A stretch of DNA of 64,000 nucleotides from Candidatus Eiseniibacteriota bacterium. Its GTDB lineage: Bacteria > Eisenbacteria > RBG-16-71-46 > CAZAMP01. Location of the stretch: contig OZ245046.1 of assembly GCA_965224245.1 (NCBI GenBank), forward strand, positions 3,296,001 through 3,360,000, given 5' to 3'. This document shows positions 32,186-41,929 of the stretch, piece by piece. Position 1 is the stretch's first letter, and every line of letters starts with the position of its first letter. The notes beneath the pieces were generated by a model. The model worked only from the letters and a program-made list of their open reading frames with translations. It did no database searches and had not been told where the DNA came from. Made by a program: the position numbers and the translations under genes.

Positions 32186-33070
32186 ATGGCGCCAAGACCC
32201 GTTGCAACGGCCACGATCTCGTTCGGGCTCGTGTCGATCCCGGTGAAGCTCTTCACGTCCACGAAGACGGCCGACGCGATCTCGTTCCGGATGCTGCACG
32301 ACACGTGCAAAGGCCCCGTCAAGTACCAGTACTACTGTCCCGTCGACGACGAGGTGGTCGCCCGCGACGACATCGTCAAGGGGTACGAGTACGCCAAGGA
32401 TCAGTATGTCGTCGTGACGGCCGACGAGCTGAAGGCGATGGAGGAGGCCGCGACCAAGGCGATCGCGATCGAGGAGTTCGTCCCGGTATCGGCCATCGAC
32501 GGGGTCTACTACGACAAGGCCTACTACGTCGCCCCCGACAAGGGCGGCGCACGCGCGTATCAGCTCCTGGCCACGGCGCTGGCCCAGGAGGGCCTCGGCG
32601 GGCTGGCCCGCTACGCCGCGCGCGGCAAGGCGTACCTCGTCGTGCTGCGCCCGGTCGAGGGCGGGCTCGTCATGCAGCAGCTCCGCTACCGGCACGAGGT
32701 GCGCGACATCTCCGAGGTCGAGATCGACGAGGCCACGGGCATCAAGGACGCCGAGCTCCAGCTCGCGCTGCAGCTCATCTCACAATCGGTCTCCCAGGAG
32801 TTCAAGCCCGAGAACTACTTCGACGACGTCCACGTCCGCATGCAGGAGTTCATCCAGCAGAAGGTCGAGGGCCAGGAGATCGTGATGCCGGCCGCCGAGT
32901 CCCCCAAGGCGCAGGTCATCGACCTGATGGCGGCCCTCAAGGCCAGCCTCGGCGCGGACGACGACTCCGCCTCCGCCGGCAAGCCGGCCGCGGAGAAGAA
33001 GCCGGCCAAGAAGAAGGCGGCCAAGAAGAAGGCCGCCCCTCGAGCCAGGAAGAAGGCATCCTCGGGCTGA
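32186..33070 (+). CDS. ku: NHEJ Ku protein
   Basis: ISFGLVSIPVKL, IVKGYE, VIDLMAALKASL, Lys/Ala-rich C-terminal tail. Confidence 0.97.
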   Translation: MAPRPVATATISFGLVSIPVKLFTSTKTADAISFRMLHDTCKGPVKYQYYCPVDDEVVARDDIVKGYEYAKDQYVVVTADELKAMEEAATKAIAIEEFVPVSAIDGVYYDKAYYVAPDKGGARAYQLLATALAQEGLGGLARYAARGKAYLVVLRPVEGGLVMQQLRYRHEVRDISEVEIDEATGIKDAELQLALQLISQSVSQEFKPENYFDDVHVRMQEFIQQKVEGQEIVMPAAESPKAQVIDLMAALKASLGADDDSASAGKPAAEKKPAKKKAAKKKAAPRARKKASSG

Positions 33071-33169
33071 CCCTCCCGCCGCCCCCCACGTGTGGACAGC
33101 GGCTCGGTGCTTCCGTAGACTGCGCCTCGATCCAGACCCCCGACTCCCGGCGATGCCAAGGATGGCGCG

Positions 33170-34246
33170 GTGTCCGACGCCGATCTTCACCCCACGCCCG
33201 CATCTTCGGACGTGACGCTTGCCGAGGCCGCGCGCGCACTGTCGCTGCCGCCGGACGCGGTGCGCGAGCTCGTCCGCGAGCATCTCGGCGACGCGCTGGG
33301 CGCTCGCGCCGGCACGACGCTGTCGCCGGCCGAGCTGAACATCCTCCGGCTGGCCGCGACGTTGTCGGGCCACATGCCGCGGCACCGGATCCGGCGCGCC
33401 ATCCGGAATCTCGTCGAGCAGCTCGGCGATCCCTCGGACGTGGACGTGGACGCGGACGGCGAGACCGTCGTCGCGCGCGAGGGCGATGCCCGGTGGCTCC
33501 CCGAGTCCGGCCAGACGTTGCTCCCGCTCCACGACGACGACGCCCCGCGCGATCCGGCCCATGCCCCCGCTCTCACGCCGATCTCACCGATCTCGCCGGC
33601 TCAGGGCTCCGGCGCGGGCGATACGGCGGACGCCGTCCCGGGGCGTGGGCTTCGCGGGGCGCGGGCCGGCGAGGCCGGGCCCGCCGCCTCCCGATCCGGG
33701 GCCGCGAGGGGCGCCGTCGCTCCCCGCCCCCCGCTGGCCAAGATCACGCCGCTCTTCCCCGACGCCGAGCGCGAGCCCGCGGGCACGGGCGTCACGGATC
33801 GCGACGGCACGAGCGACCAGGCACTCGAGTGCTTCGCGCTCGCCTGCGAGGCCGAGGCCGACGATCCCCGCGCCGCGAGGCGTCTCTACCTGCAGGCGAT
33901 CAAGTCCGATCCGTCCCTGTCCGACGCGCACGTGAACCTGGGGCGCCTGTTTCACGAGGCCGGCGAGGTCAGGGAAGCCGAGCGACACTACCGCTTCGCG
34001 CTCGCCACGACCCCCGACGACGTCGTGGCGGCGTTCAACCTCGCGGTGCTGTTTCAGGACCTGGGGCGCAAGAAGGACGCACTCGCCGCCTACATCGAGA
34101 CGCTGGAGATCGACCCCGACTACGCGGACGCGCACTACAACCTGGCCCGGCTGCACGAGCAGATGGGCCACCGCCGACATGCGCTGAAGCACTTCCAGAT
34201 CTACCGCACGCTCGTCGACGAGGTGGATCCGGCGGACACCGACTGA
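33170..34246 (+). CDS. MerR-like HTH + TPR protein
   Basis: N-terminal TLAEAARALSLPPDAVRELV; low-complexity linker; C-terminal TPRs (AHVNLGRL, AAFNLAVL, ADAHYNLARL). Confidence 0.8.
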   Translation: MSDADLHPTPASSDVTLAEAARALSLPPDAVRELVREHLGDALGARAGTTLSPAELNILRLAATLSGHMPRHRIRRAIRNLVEQLGDPSDVDVDADGETVVAREGDARWLPESGQTLLPLHDDDAPRDPAHAPALTPISPISPAQGSGAGDTADAVPGRGLRGARAGEAGPAASRSGAARGAVAPRPPLAKITPLFPDAEREPAGTGVTDRDGTSDQALECFALACEAEADDPRAARRLYLQAIKSDPSLSDAHVNLGRLFHEAGEVREAERHYRFALATTPDDVVAAFNLAVLFQDLGRKKDALAAYIETLEIDPDYADAHYNLARLHEQMGHRRHALKHFQIYRTLVDEVDPADTD

Positions 34247-34271
34247 CGCGATCGGGTCGTGCGGCCCCCGA

Positions 34272-34850
34272 TCACCCGCGCTCGGAGACCGGCTCGGATT
34301 CCTCGCGCAGGTGGCGCGCGATGTAGGGTACCTGGGCCAGCGAGAACAGCAGCGTCAGGCTGGTCAGTCCGACGACCTTGAACGTGACCCAGCGACTCGT
34401 CCGTACCTCGGGGTCCAGATCCGCGCCGTAGTAGAACGCGACGTACACGTTGAGCGCGCCGAGGACCAGGAAGAAGAGCGCCCAGTTCGTGTTCAGGCGC
34501 CTCCAGACGGCGTCGGTCAGGTTCATCTGAGATCCCAGGAGACGCTGGACCGCCGGACGCGTCCCGAACAGCTGACTGCCGAGGAGCACCGCCGCGAACA
34601 GCCAGTTCACGATCGTGGGCTTCCACTTGATGAACGTGTCGTCGTGCAGGGCGAGGGTCAGCCCCCCGAAGACCACGATCACGCCGAGCGTGATCAGGTG
34701 CATGGGCTCGTTGCGCCCGTGCTTCGCCCGATGGACCGTCACCTGCGCCAGCGAGGCCGCGATCGCCACGCCGGTCGCGACGTAGATGTCGAAGATCCGA
34801 AAGGCGACGAAGAACAGGATGAGCGGGAACAGATCGAACACGAGCTTCAT
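34272..34850 (-). CDS. yciB: Inner-membrane protein YciB (septation protein A family)
   Basis: DLFPLILFF, IYVAT, FGGLTL.LHDDTFIKWKPTI, WVTFKVVG. Confidence 0.94.
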   Translation of the reverse strand: MKLVFDLFPLILFFVAFRIFDIYVATGVAIAASLAQVTVHRAKHGRNEPMHLITLGVIVVFGGLTLALHDDTFIKWKPTIVNWLFAAVLLGSQLFGTRPAVQRLLGSQMNLTDAVWRRLNTNWALFFLVLGALNVYVAFYYGADLDPEVRTSRWVTFKVVGLTSLTLLFSLAQVPYIARHLREESEPVSERG

Positions 34851-35056
34851 GCGGACACTCCGGGATCGAGAGGCCGGTCGCGACCGGAGACTCTACCACA
34901 CCGGGCCGCTCCCGATATCCCGCGCATCGTGGCCACGCGTGTCCTCCGACGGAGCGCTCGCGGGGCGGGACGCGAGGGGGTTGCCAGAACCGGGCCGAGG
35001 CCCCAGAATCGAGCGCGTCTTCGACGATCATCGGCGTCTATCCCGGGAGGTCTCAC

Positions 35057-36412
35057 GTGCGCCTTCGCCGCTTTGCCCTGTTTCTGGCCGTCGCCATCGC
35101 CGCCATACCCCTCACGTCGGCCCTCGGTGCGCCGGGTGACCGCACGTGGCTGCGAACGTTCGAGGAGGACTTCTACAACTGGGCAACGCCGCACGAGGCG
35201 ACGTTCGAGTTCCCCGACGGCTCGGTCAACTACTCGCGCATCCTCCTTCACTACACGATCGCGTGTCCGGGCGCCCCGGCCGACTGCGATCCCTGGGATC
35301 GGATCGGCTACCTTCAGGTGGTCCGCGAGACCGAGCCGGACGTGTTTGACAACGTCGAGATCGCGCGCATCATCACGCCGTACGACATCACCGGGGGATC
35401 CCGGCCGGGCACGTGCACGTGGACGCTGGACGTCAGCGACTACGAGCCGTTGCTCCAGGGGACGGTCACGCTCCGGAACTACATCGAGAGCTGGATCGGT
35501 GACGAGCGCGGGTGGCTGGTCACGATCGACTTCGAGTTCGTGGAAGGCGAGTGGGTCGTGGAGCCGGTCGAGATCGTCAACCTGTGGAATCAGTACTACG
35601 CCGTCTACGGGGATCCGGATCGGCCGATCGAGGATCACCTCCAGCCCCTCGACGTCGACATTCCCGCCGGCGCCGCGGCGGCCAAGGTACGCGTGATCAC
35701 GACCGGACACGGGCAGGGCAACACGGCCAACTGCGCCGAGTTCTGCAGTCGAGAGCACACCATCGTGGCCGGCGCCGACAGCTTCAGCCGGGACAACTGG
35801 CGCTCGGACTGTGAGCTCAACACGTGCAGCCCGCAAGGCGGCACGTGGGCGCTGGATCGCGCGGGCTGGTGTCCCGGGGATGGGGTGCGTCCCTGGGAGA
35901 TCGACGTGTCCGGTTCGATCGTGCCGGGCGGGACGGTGACGTTCGACTACGACCTCGAGCCGTACGAGAACTTCTGCCGACCCACCAACCCGGACTGCGT
36001 GGACGGCGTCACGTGCGCCGACTGCGACTACAACTTCACCGGCCACACCGAGCCCCATCAGGCCATCGCGAGTCAGCTGATCATCTACGAGACGGGAACG
36101 GTCGTGGGCGTGGACGATGCCGCCGCGGGCGCCCCCGACATCGTCGTGAACCCGAACAGCCCGAACCCGTTCAATCCCCGGACCACGATCTCGTACACGC
36201 TCGCGTCGGCCGAGACGGTGACGCTCGTGATCCTGGACGCGGGCGGACGCGAGGTCCGGCACATCACGCGCTCACACGACGCACCCGGGAAGCACCGGGT
36301 CAGCTGGAACGGACGCGACGACGCGGGGCGTGTGCTGCCCACCGGGGTGTATTTCTACGAGGTGCGCGGCTCGTCGGTCAGCGGTCGCCGGAAGATGGTG
36401 CTGTTGAAATAG
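35057..36412 (+). CDS. Peptide-N-glycosidase F-related secreted protein with FlgD-Ig C-terminal domain
   Basis: CDPWDR, EIARIITPY, TTGHG, CAEFC, RAGWCPG; C-terminal PNPFNPRTTISY...WNGRDDAGR.LPTGVYF. Confidence 0.85.
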   Translation: MRLRRFALFLAVAIAAIPLTSALGAPGDRTWLRTFEEDFYNWATPHEATFEFPDGSVNYSRILLHYTIACPGAPADCDPWDRIGYLQVVRETEPDVFDNVEIARIITPYDITGGSRPGTCTWTLDVSDYEPLLQGTVTLRNYIESWIGDERGWLVTIDFEFVEGEWVVEPVEIVNLWNQYYAVYGDPDRPIEDHLQPLDVDIPAGAAAAKVRVITTGHGQGNTANCAEFCSREHTIVAGADSFSRDNWRSDCELNTCSPQGGTWALDRAGWCPGDGVRPWEIDVSGSIVPGGTVTFDYDLEPYENFCRPTNPDCVDGVTCADCDYNFTGHTEPHQAIASQLIIYETGTVVGVDDAAAGAPDIVVNPNSPNPFNPRTTISYTLASAETVTLVILDAGGREVRHITRSHDAPGKHRVSWNGRDDAGRVLPTGVYFYEVRGSSVSGRRKMVLLK

Positions 36413-36426
36413 GCCGGAGGGCTCCA

Positions 36427-37998
36427 TCACGCATCGGCGTGGCCCCCGGCGTCCGCGCCGTCGGCGGCGCGGCTCACCTCGATGCCGTGTGCATCGGCGG
36501 CGCGGCGGGCCTCGGCGGCGACGAAGTCCGGGTTGTCGCCTGCCCGTTCCCGGACGAGCGCGCGCAGCTCGGCGTCCACTGCCGATGCCGGAAGATCGGC
36601 GATCGCCTCACAGGCCGCGGCTCGTCCCCAGGGATGCACGTCGCGGGCCGCGCGCTTGACCAGCTCGACCGCCTCGGGCGTGGCCAGGCGTCCCATCGCG
36701 GCCACCACGATCGCATAGAGCCGATGCTCCCGGTCGTCCAGGCCGGCGCGGCTCTCGCGCCGCATCGGAGCCTCGCGACGGGCCTCGAGATCCACGAGCG
36801 ACGGAAGCAGCTCGCGGAGCGCATCGAGGCCCTCCGGCGCCCCGAGCGCGGCCGCGACGTGGGCGGCGTGTACGTCACCGGTCTCCGCCACGAGCTCCAC
36901 GATCCGGGGGACGAACACGGTCAGACGCTGTCCCTCGATCACGTGGAGGGCGAGCGAGCGCGTGTGCGGATCCGCCAGCGCGCGTGCGACCGTGTCGGGG
37001 TCGACGCGTTCGGCGGCGAGTCGTCCGATCTCGTCCCGCCGCCAGTCCCGATCGGGCATCCCCTCCGACGAGGCGTCCTCCAGGAACTCCACCAGTGCCT
37101 GCAGCGCCGACGCGACCTGGATGCTCGGCGCGGATCGTCTGAGCAGACGAACGTAGCGCCGGTAGAGGTTCTCCACCGCCGAGCCCCAGCGCTCGGCTGG
37201 ATAGCCGTCGCTGTCGTAGAGCAGCGTGTTCATCAGCATGATGACCGCGTCCCGGACCCGGGGATCGTGTTCGGCCGTCTCGCACACCGCGGCGAGATCG
37301 GCGTCGAGCGCGAGGGGCACGCCGAGCTCGGCCTTGATGCCGCGCTCCATCGCGTGCACGACCAGGAGCGTGCTGCGATCGGTCGACCCGGCGTGCTCGG
37401 ACTCGGCCAGGAGCCCACGCACGAGGTGGCCCAGGGCATAGCCCGACACCCTCGGTACGAGCCCGTAGAGGTCGTCGATCACGTCCGGCACGCGCTCGGC
37501 GATCGCACGGAGCGGCGGCACGGCATAGCGCGTGAACTCGGGATGCCGCGCAAAGAGGAGCAGGTCGGCGATCTGCGCCTCGGTCGGGTGCAGACATCCG
37601 AGGAGGATGCCCCACTTGACCGACTCCTCGTTCGCGCTCGCGCGGGCGGTCTCCCAGAATCGCGCCGACGTCTCGACGCGGACCTGGTCGGGCTCCAACG
37701 CCTCCAGGAACGGTCGAAGCGCGCCGGCGATGCGGACCTCGCGCAGTCGCTGGTCGATGGCGCGCCAGGACGTGACGCGCCCGTGCTCGACGTCGTCGAG
37801 CACGCGGCGCGCGAGGTCGGTCGCTTCGGCGGTGTCGGGTGCACCGGCCGCCATCGCGTCGCGCACGCCCGGGAGCACGGGGCGATCGTCGTCACCGACC
37901 GACATCGGCGTGGCCCACGAGATCAGGAGCGCGGTCGGGATCGGGGCATCCGGACGCTCGGCGACGGCGGCGGCGATCCTGGCCAGAAAGGACGACAC
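36427..37998 (-). CDS. Hypothetical helical-repeat protein with C-terminal HEAT-like repeats
   Basis: Frame with normal codon bias starting just after the kinase stop; AMGRLATPEAVELVKRAARDVHPWGRAAACEAI. Start (GTG) uncertain. Confidence 0.7.
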   Translation of the reverse strand: MSSFLARIAAAVAERPDAPIPTALLISWATPMSVGDDDRPVLPGVRDAMAAGAPDTAEATDLARRVLDDVEHGRVTSWRAIDQRLREVRIAGALRPFLEALEPDQVRVETSARFWETARASANEESVKWGILLGCLHPTEAQIADLLLFARHPEFTRYAVPPLRAIAERVPDVIDDLYGLVPRVSGYALGHLVRGLLAESEHAGSTDRSTLLVVHAMERGIKAELGVPLALDADLAAVCETAEHDPRVRDAVIMLMNTLLYDSDGYPAERWGSAVENLYRRYVRLLRRSAPSIQVASALQALVEFLEDASSEGMPDRDWRRDEIGRLAAERVDPDTVARALADPHTRSLALHVIEGQRLTVFVPRIVELVAETGDVHAAHVAAALGAPEGLDALRELLPSLVDLEARREAPMRRESRAGLDDREHRLYAIVVAAMGRLATPEAVELVKRAARDVHPWGRAAACEAIADLPASAVDAELRALVRERAGDNPDFVAAEARRAADAHGIEVSRAADGADAGGHADA

Positions 37999-38003
37999 CC
38001 CGA

Positions 38004-41000
38004 TCAGCCCTGCGACGCGGCCAGCGCCTTCCTGGCGCGTTCCAGGTCGTCGGAGATGGACGCCCGGGCGGGGACCCGATCCCTGGCGGTCTCCAGCAGC
38101 TCCACCGCTTCGGCGAATCGCCGGCGCTTCAACGCAGCCAGACCCAGCGCCTGCTCGGCCGGCGCCGCGTAGGTCGTGCCCGGCAGGCCGGGCAGCGTCG
38201 GATCGCGCTCGAGCGCGCGCGCGGCGAGGTCGGTCCCGCCGTCCACGTCGATGTCGCCGGCGATCAGGATCCAGGCCAGAAGGGACAGGTTCGTGCGGTC
38301 GGCGTCGTGGGCCAGCGCCCTGCGGGCGGCGCGCTCGGCATCGTCGTACCGCTGCTGACCGGCCAGCGCATACGCCAGGAGCTGGTACAGCCGGACGTGA
38401 TACGGGCCGTGCTCGAGCTGCAACCGCACGATCGACTCCGCATCGGCGAAGCGCTCGGTCTCGAGCGCCACCAGAACCCGACCGACCGCCGCTCGATACG
38501 AGTCGTACGAGACCGGCAAGGCGCTGCGGGCCGCCGTCTCGTATGCCACGTCCGCCTCGTCGAACGCGCGACGTGACAGCGCCAGCGAGCCCCGTGCGAG
38601 CCAGACGTCGGGGTCGTCGCCGGTGGGATCCAGCGCGCCCGCCTCGTCGATCCACGCGGCGGCGCGGTCGGCATGACCGGCGAAGAGCTCGGCCCAGGCA
38701 AAGCCCACCGGGATGGCGGCGCTCTGGCCCACCATGAGCCACCGGCGGCTGGGAGGATGATCGAACCGGTCGAGCGCGACCTCGGCGACGGAGTCGGCCG
38801 CGGCCTCGTCTCCTCGAGCCCGGAGGGCCTTGTAGAGCGACACGTACGAGCCGAGATCGTTGGGATCGTTCTCGACCGCCTCCCGCGCGGCGGTCACGGC
38901 GTCGTCGAACCGCTCGACGCGCTCGTAGAGGAGGGGCAGTGCCCCGTGCGCGTCGGTCCACTCCGCCGACGGGCTCGTCAGCACTCGCTCCGCCTCCGCG
39001 TAGTTCTGGAGGAGGATTTGCGACCAGGCCCGGCCGGCCAGTGCTTCGCCCTGGCGAGCGCTCCGGTGCTCCGTCGCGGACGCGAAGATGCTGTCCGCCA
39101 CGGCGTGATGGCCGATCGACAGATAGCCCCAGCCCACAAGGGCCGTCAGCTCCCAGCGGGACTGGTCGTCCGGGATCGTCCGGAGCCCGCGCTCGAGGTG
39201 CACCCGGGCCGAATCGAGTCGGCCCAGTCCGGTCAGGAAGTATCCCTCGAACAGATCCACGTACGGCCGGACCGTCTTCGCGGGGAGGTTCGGCCCCAGC
39301 CCGAACGAGTCCACGAACGCGTAGCCGTCGGCGAATCGACCCTCCTGGCCCAGCAGCTGGATCATGCGCTGGCGGGCGTCGGTTCCCCTGTCCTCGCGCA
39401 TGGCCTGACGCAAGAGCACCTCGCCACGCCGCTCGTCGCGGAGGGTCACGTAGAGCGCTCCGAGGCTGCGGCGGATCCCGGTCGCTCTCGGGTGATCCGG
39501 GTAGTCGTCGAGGAAGTGCTCGTACAGCGCCACCGCCCGGGGGTAGTCGCCGATGCGGCGGGCTACGTCGGCCCGGATCGCGACGAGGATCGTGTCGGTG
39601 AAGCTCGCCGGGAAGCGCTCGACGGCCTCGCGGATGGACCGGGTGACGGTGGCCGTGTCGCCGGTCGCGGTCGCGCGTGAGAGCCAGGTCTCGAAGCGTT
39701 CGACGCTCGTCGTGTCGCGCTCGAAGAGCGAACGTGCGAGCGACAGGGCCTTCTCGGGCTCCTTCCACCGATCGTAGATGTCGTACAGGTGGCGGTACGC
39801 CAGGAGGAAGTCCGGATCCAGCTCGGCCGCCCGGGTGAACGTGGCATGGGCGGCGGCGTGGTCGGGGTCGGGCTTGTGGAACTGGGCCTCGCCGAGCCCG
39901 TACCACGCGTCCTTCTGGTCGGGATACTCCTCGACCAGCGTGGAGAACGCCTCCTCGGCACGCTCGTAGTCACGTTCGACGAGCGCGAGCGTGGCCTCGG
40001 CGAAGCCGCGTTCGCGGGCGGACACGTGGGCGTCCCCCTCGAGCAGCGCGGCCAGCGGGCGCCGGGCCGACGAGGGATCGTCGCCGGCCCACCAGTGCGC
40101 GAGTGCCGAGGAGTATCGGGCCTTCGCAAACGAGGGATCGATGGTCAGCGCGGAGTCCAGCAAGGCCACCGCCACCGCGAACTCGTTGTCGTTGAGCTTC
40201 TCGCGCCCTTCCAGGTAGAGCTGGTAGGCGACCAGGGATGCGGTCGTCTTGTCGCGCACGGGGGCCGATGGCGAGACGCCCGCCTCGAGCGCGAGTCGGT
40301 CCCGGACACCGTCGGTCAGCTCGTCGACCATCGCGAACAGGTCCTCTCCGTCGATCCGACGGGACACGCGGATCGCCCCGGTCTCGATGTCGACGAGCTG
40401 GCAGGTGAGCAGCCACCGCTCGCCGAGTCGGCTGAGCGAGCCGGTGATCATCGACTGGGCGCCCGCCCGCCGGGCCACGGCGGTGGCGACGTCGGCCTGG
40501 TACACGCGGCGATCGTCCCCGGTCAGCTGCTTCTGGAGGTCGTACAGCCGCTGGCTGGACAGGACGCGCAGGTCCGGAACGTCGGCCAGGTCGGTGATGA
40601 TCAGCTCCTGCAGGATCTGCCCGTACCGCTCCGGATCGCCGGGGTCCTTCAGGTTGTCGATCAGGTGAACGGCCAGCGCGTTCGGTCCCGCGTCGGCGAC
40701 CCGGCCGCCGCCCGCACGAGAGCGCCAGCCGATGGCGAGCGCGCCCAGCAGGGCGACCAGCAGTACGGCCAGCATCAGGACCCGCGCGCCGGGGACGCTC
40801 CGCGCCGGCGCCGCCGGAGGCGCCGGTGTCAGGGAGTCGCTCGGCGCGGCCGGGCCCCCCCCCGTCGACCCCGACGTGTAGCCCTCGTGGTGGTGCCGGC
40901 CGGTCGCGTACGCCGGTGTGGACGAGAGCGAGGACGTCTCGCCGGACCCCTGGAGCTGGCGAAGATCGTGCAGCAGATCCCGGCTGGACTGATACCGGTC

Positions 41001-41810
41001 GCGGCGCCGCTTCCCGAGGCAGCGCGCGACGATGCGATCCAGCTCGATCGGAACGTCCGGGTTGAGCGCGATCGCCGGCGTGGCCGGGTCCCTGAGGATC
41101 GCCGTGATCGTGTCGGTCGTCGTCTCACCGCGAAACGGAAGCGCCCCGGTGCACATCTGGTAGAGCATGACGCCGAACGAGAAGATGTCCGAGCGGGCGT
41201 CCAGGGGCTTCCCCCTGGCTTGCTCGGGAGACATGAAAGCCGCGGTGCCGAACACCTTGCCTTCCCGGGTCAGCGTCTGCGCGACCGTGGCCATGTCCGA
41301 CACGTCGCCCGAGGACTCCGCCGCCGACTCGCCCTCGGGCTCGACGAGCTTGGCCAGCCCGAAGTCGAGTATCTTGACGTGTCCGTCGCCGGTGATCATG
41401 ACGTTGTCCGGCTTCAGATCCCGGTGGACCACCCCGGACTCGTGCGCCTTCGTCAGCCCGGACGCGATCTCGGTGGCGATCCGGACGATCTCGGACGTCG
41501 ACATCGCACCGGTGGCCAGGACCTGCCGGAGGGTCCGCCCGTCCACGTACTCCATGGCGATGAACGCCACGCCGTCCGCGTTGTCGATCTCGTGCACGGT
41601 GGCGATGTTGGGATGGGTGATGGCGGCGGCCGTGCGCGCCTCGCGGACGAAGCGCGCGAGGCGTTCGGGATCGTCCGCGACGTCCGAGTGCAGCACCTTG
41701 AGCGCGACCTGGCGCTCGAGGGCGAGGTCGCGGGCCAGATACACGACGCCCATGCCGCCCTTGCCGAGCTCGGACGTGATCTCGAAGTGGGAGAGTCTTC
41801 GACCTTCCAT
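38004..41810 (-). CDS. Hanks-type Ser/Thr protein kinase with TM, TolB-N/FlgO-like domain and TPR array
   Basis: LGKGGMGVVY, VALK, HRDLKPDN, DFGLAK, FMSPEQ; one TM; many TPRs. Confidence 0.95.
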   Translation of the reverse strand: MEGRRLSHFEITSELGKGGMGVVYLARDLALERQVALKVLHSDVADDPERLARFVREARTAAAITHPNIATVHEIDNADGVAFIAMEYVDGRTLRQVLATGAMSTSEIVRIATEIASGLTKAHESGVVHRDLKPDNVMITGDGHVKILDFGLAKLVEPEGESAAESSGDVSDMATVAQTLTREGKVFGTAAFMSPEQARGKPLDARSDIFSFGVMLYQMCTGALPFRGETTTDTITAILRDPATPAIALNPDVPIELDRIVARCLGKRRRDRYQSSRDLLHDLRQLQGSGETSSLSSTPAYATGRHHHEGYTSGSTGGGPAAPSDSLTPAPPAAPARSVPGARVLMLAVLLVALLGALAIGWRSRAGGGRVADAGPNALAVHLIDNLKDPGDPERYGQILQELIITDLADVPDLRVLSSQRLYDLQKQLTGDDRRVYQADVATAVARRAGAQSMITGSLSRLGERWLLTCQLVDIETGAIRVSRRIDGEDLFAMVDELTDGVRDRLALEAGVSPSAPVRDKTTASLVAYQLYLEGREKLNDNEFAVAVALLDSALTIDPSFAKARYSSALAHWWAGDDPSSARRPLAALLEGDAHVSARERGFAEATLALVERDYERAEEAFSTLVEEYPDQKDAWYGLGEAQFHKPDPDHAAAHATFTRAAELDPDFLLAYRHLYDIYDRWKEPEKALSLARSLFERDTTSVERFETWLSRATATGDTATVTRSIREAVERFPASFTDTILVAIRADVARRIGDYPRAVALYEHFLDDYPDHPRATGIRRSLGALYVTLRDERRGEVLLRQAMREDRGTDARQRMIQLLGQEGRFADGYAFVDSFGLGPNLPAKTVRPYVDLFEGYFLTGLGRLDSARVHLERGLRTIPDDQSRWELTALVGWGYLSIGHHAVADSIFASATEHRSARQGEALAGRAWSQILLQNYAEAERVLTSPSAEWTDAHGALPLLYERVERFDDAVTAAREAVENDPNDLGSYVSLYKALRARGDEAAADSVAEVALDRFDHPPSRRWLMVGQSAAIPVGFAWAELFAGHADRAAAWIDEAGALDPTGDDPDVWLARGSLALSRRAFDEADVAYETAARSALPVSYDSYRAAVGRVLVALETERFADAESIVRLQLEHGPYHVRLYQLLAYALAGQQRYDDAERAARRALAHDADRTNLSLLAWILIAGDIDVDGGTDLAARALERDPTLPGLPGTTYAAPAEQALGLAALKRRRFAEAVELLETARDRVPARASISDDLERARKALAASQG

Positions 41811-41929
41811 TCACCCATCCTGACCGGCGCGGCTTCCCGGTCGCTGGAGACGCTACTTCCGCATACTACATCGCGGGCGGGCCCGTTGCTCGAACTCCCG
41901 GGAGCGGCGCGTATTCGGGATTCACGTGT

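Noticed and set aside
32156-32695. N-terminal extension of the LigD ORF in the ORF track
   Set aside because: It is antisense to ku; LigD homology begins after MSKRK at 32155. The same over-extension affects track ORFs 7088-9490, 36427-39906, 41930-45307, 50114-54181 and 55455-56906.
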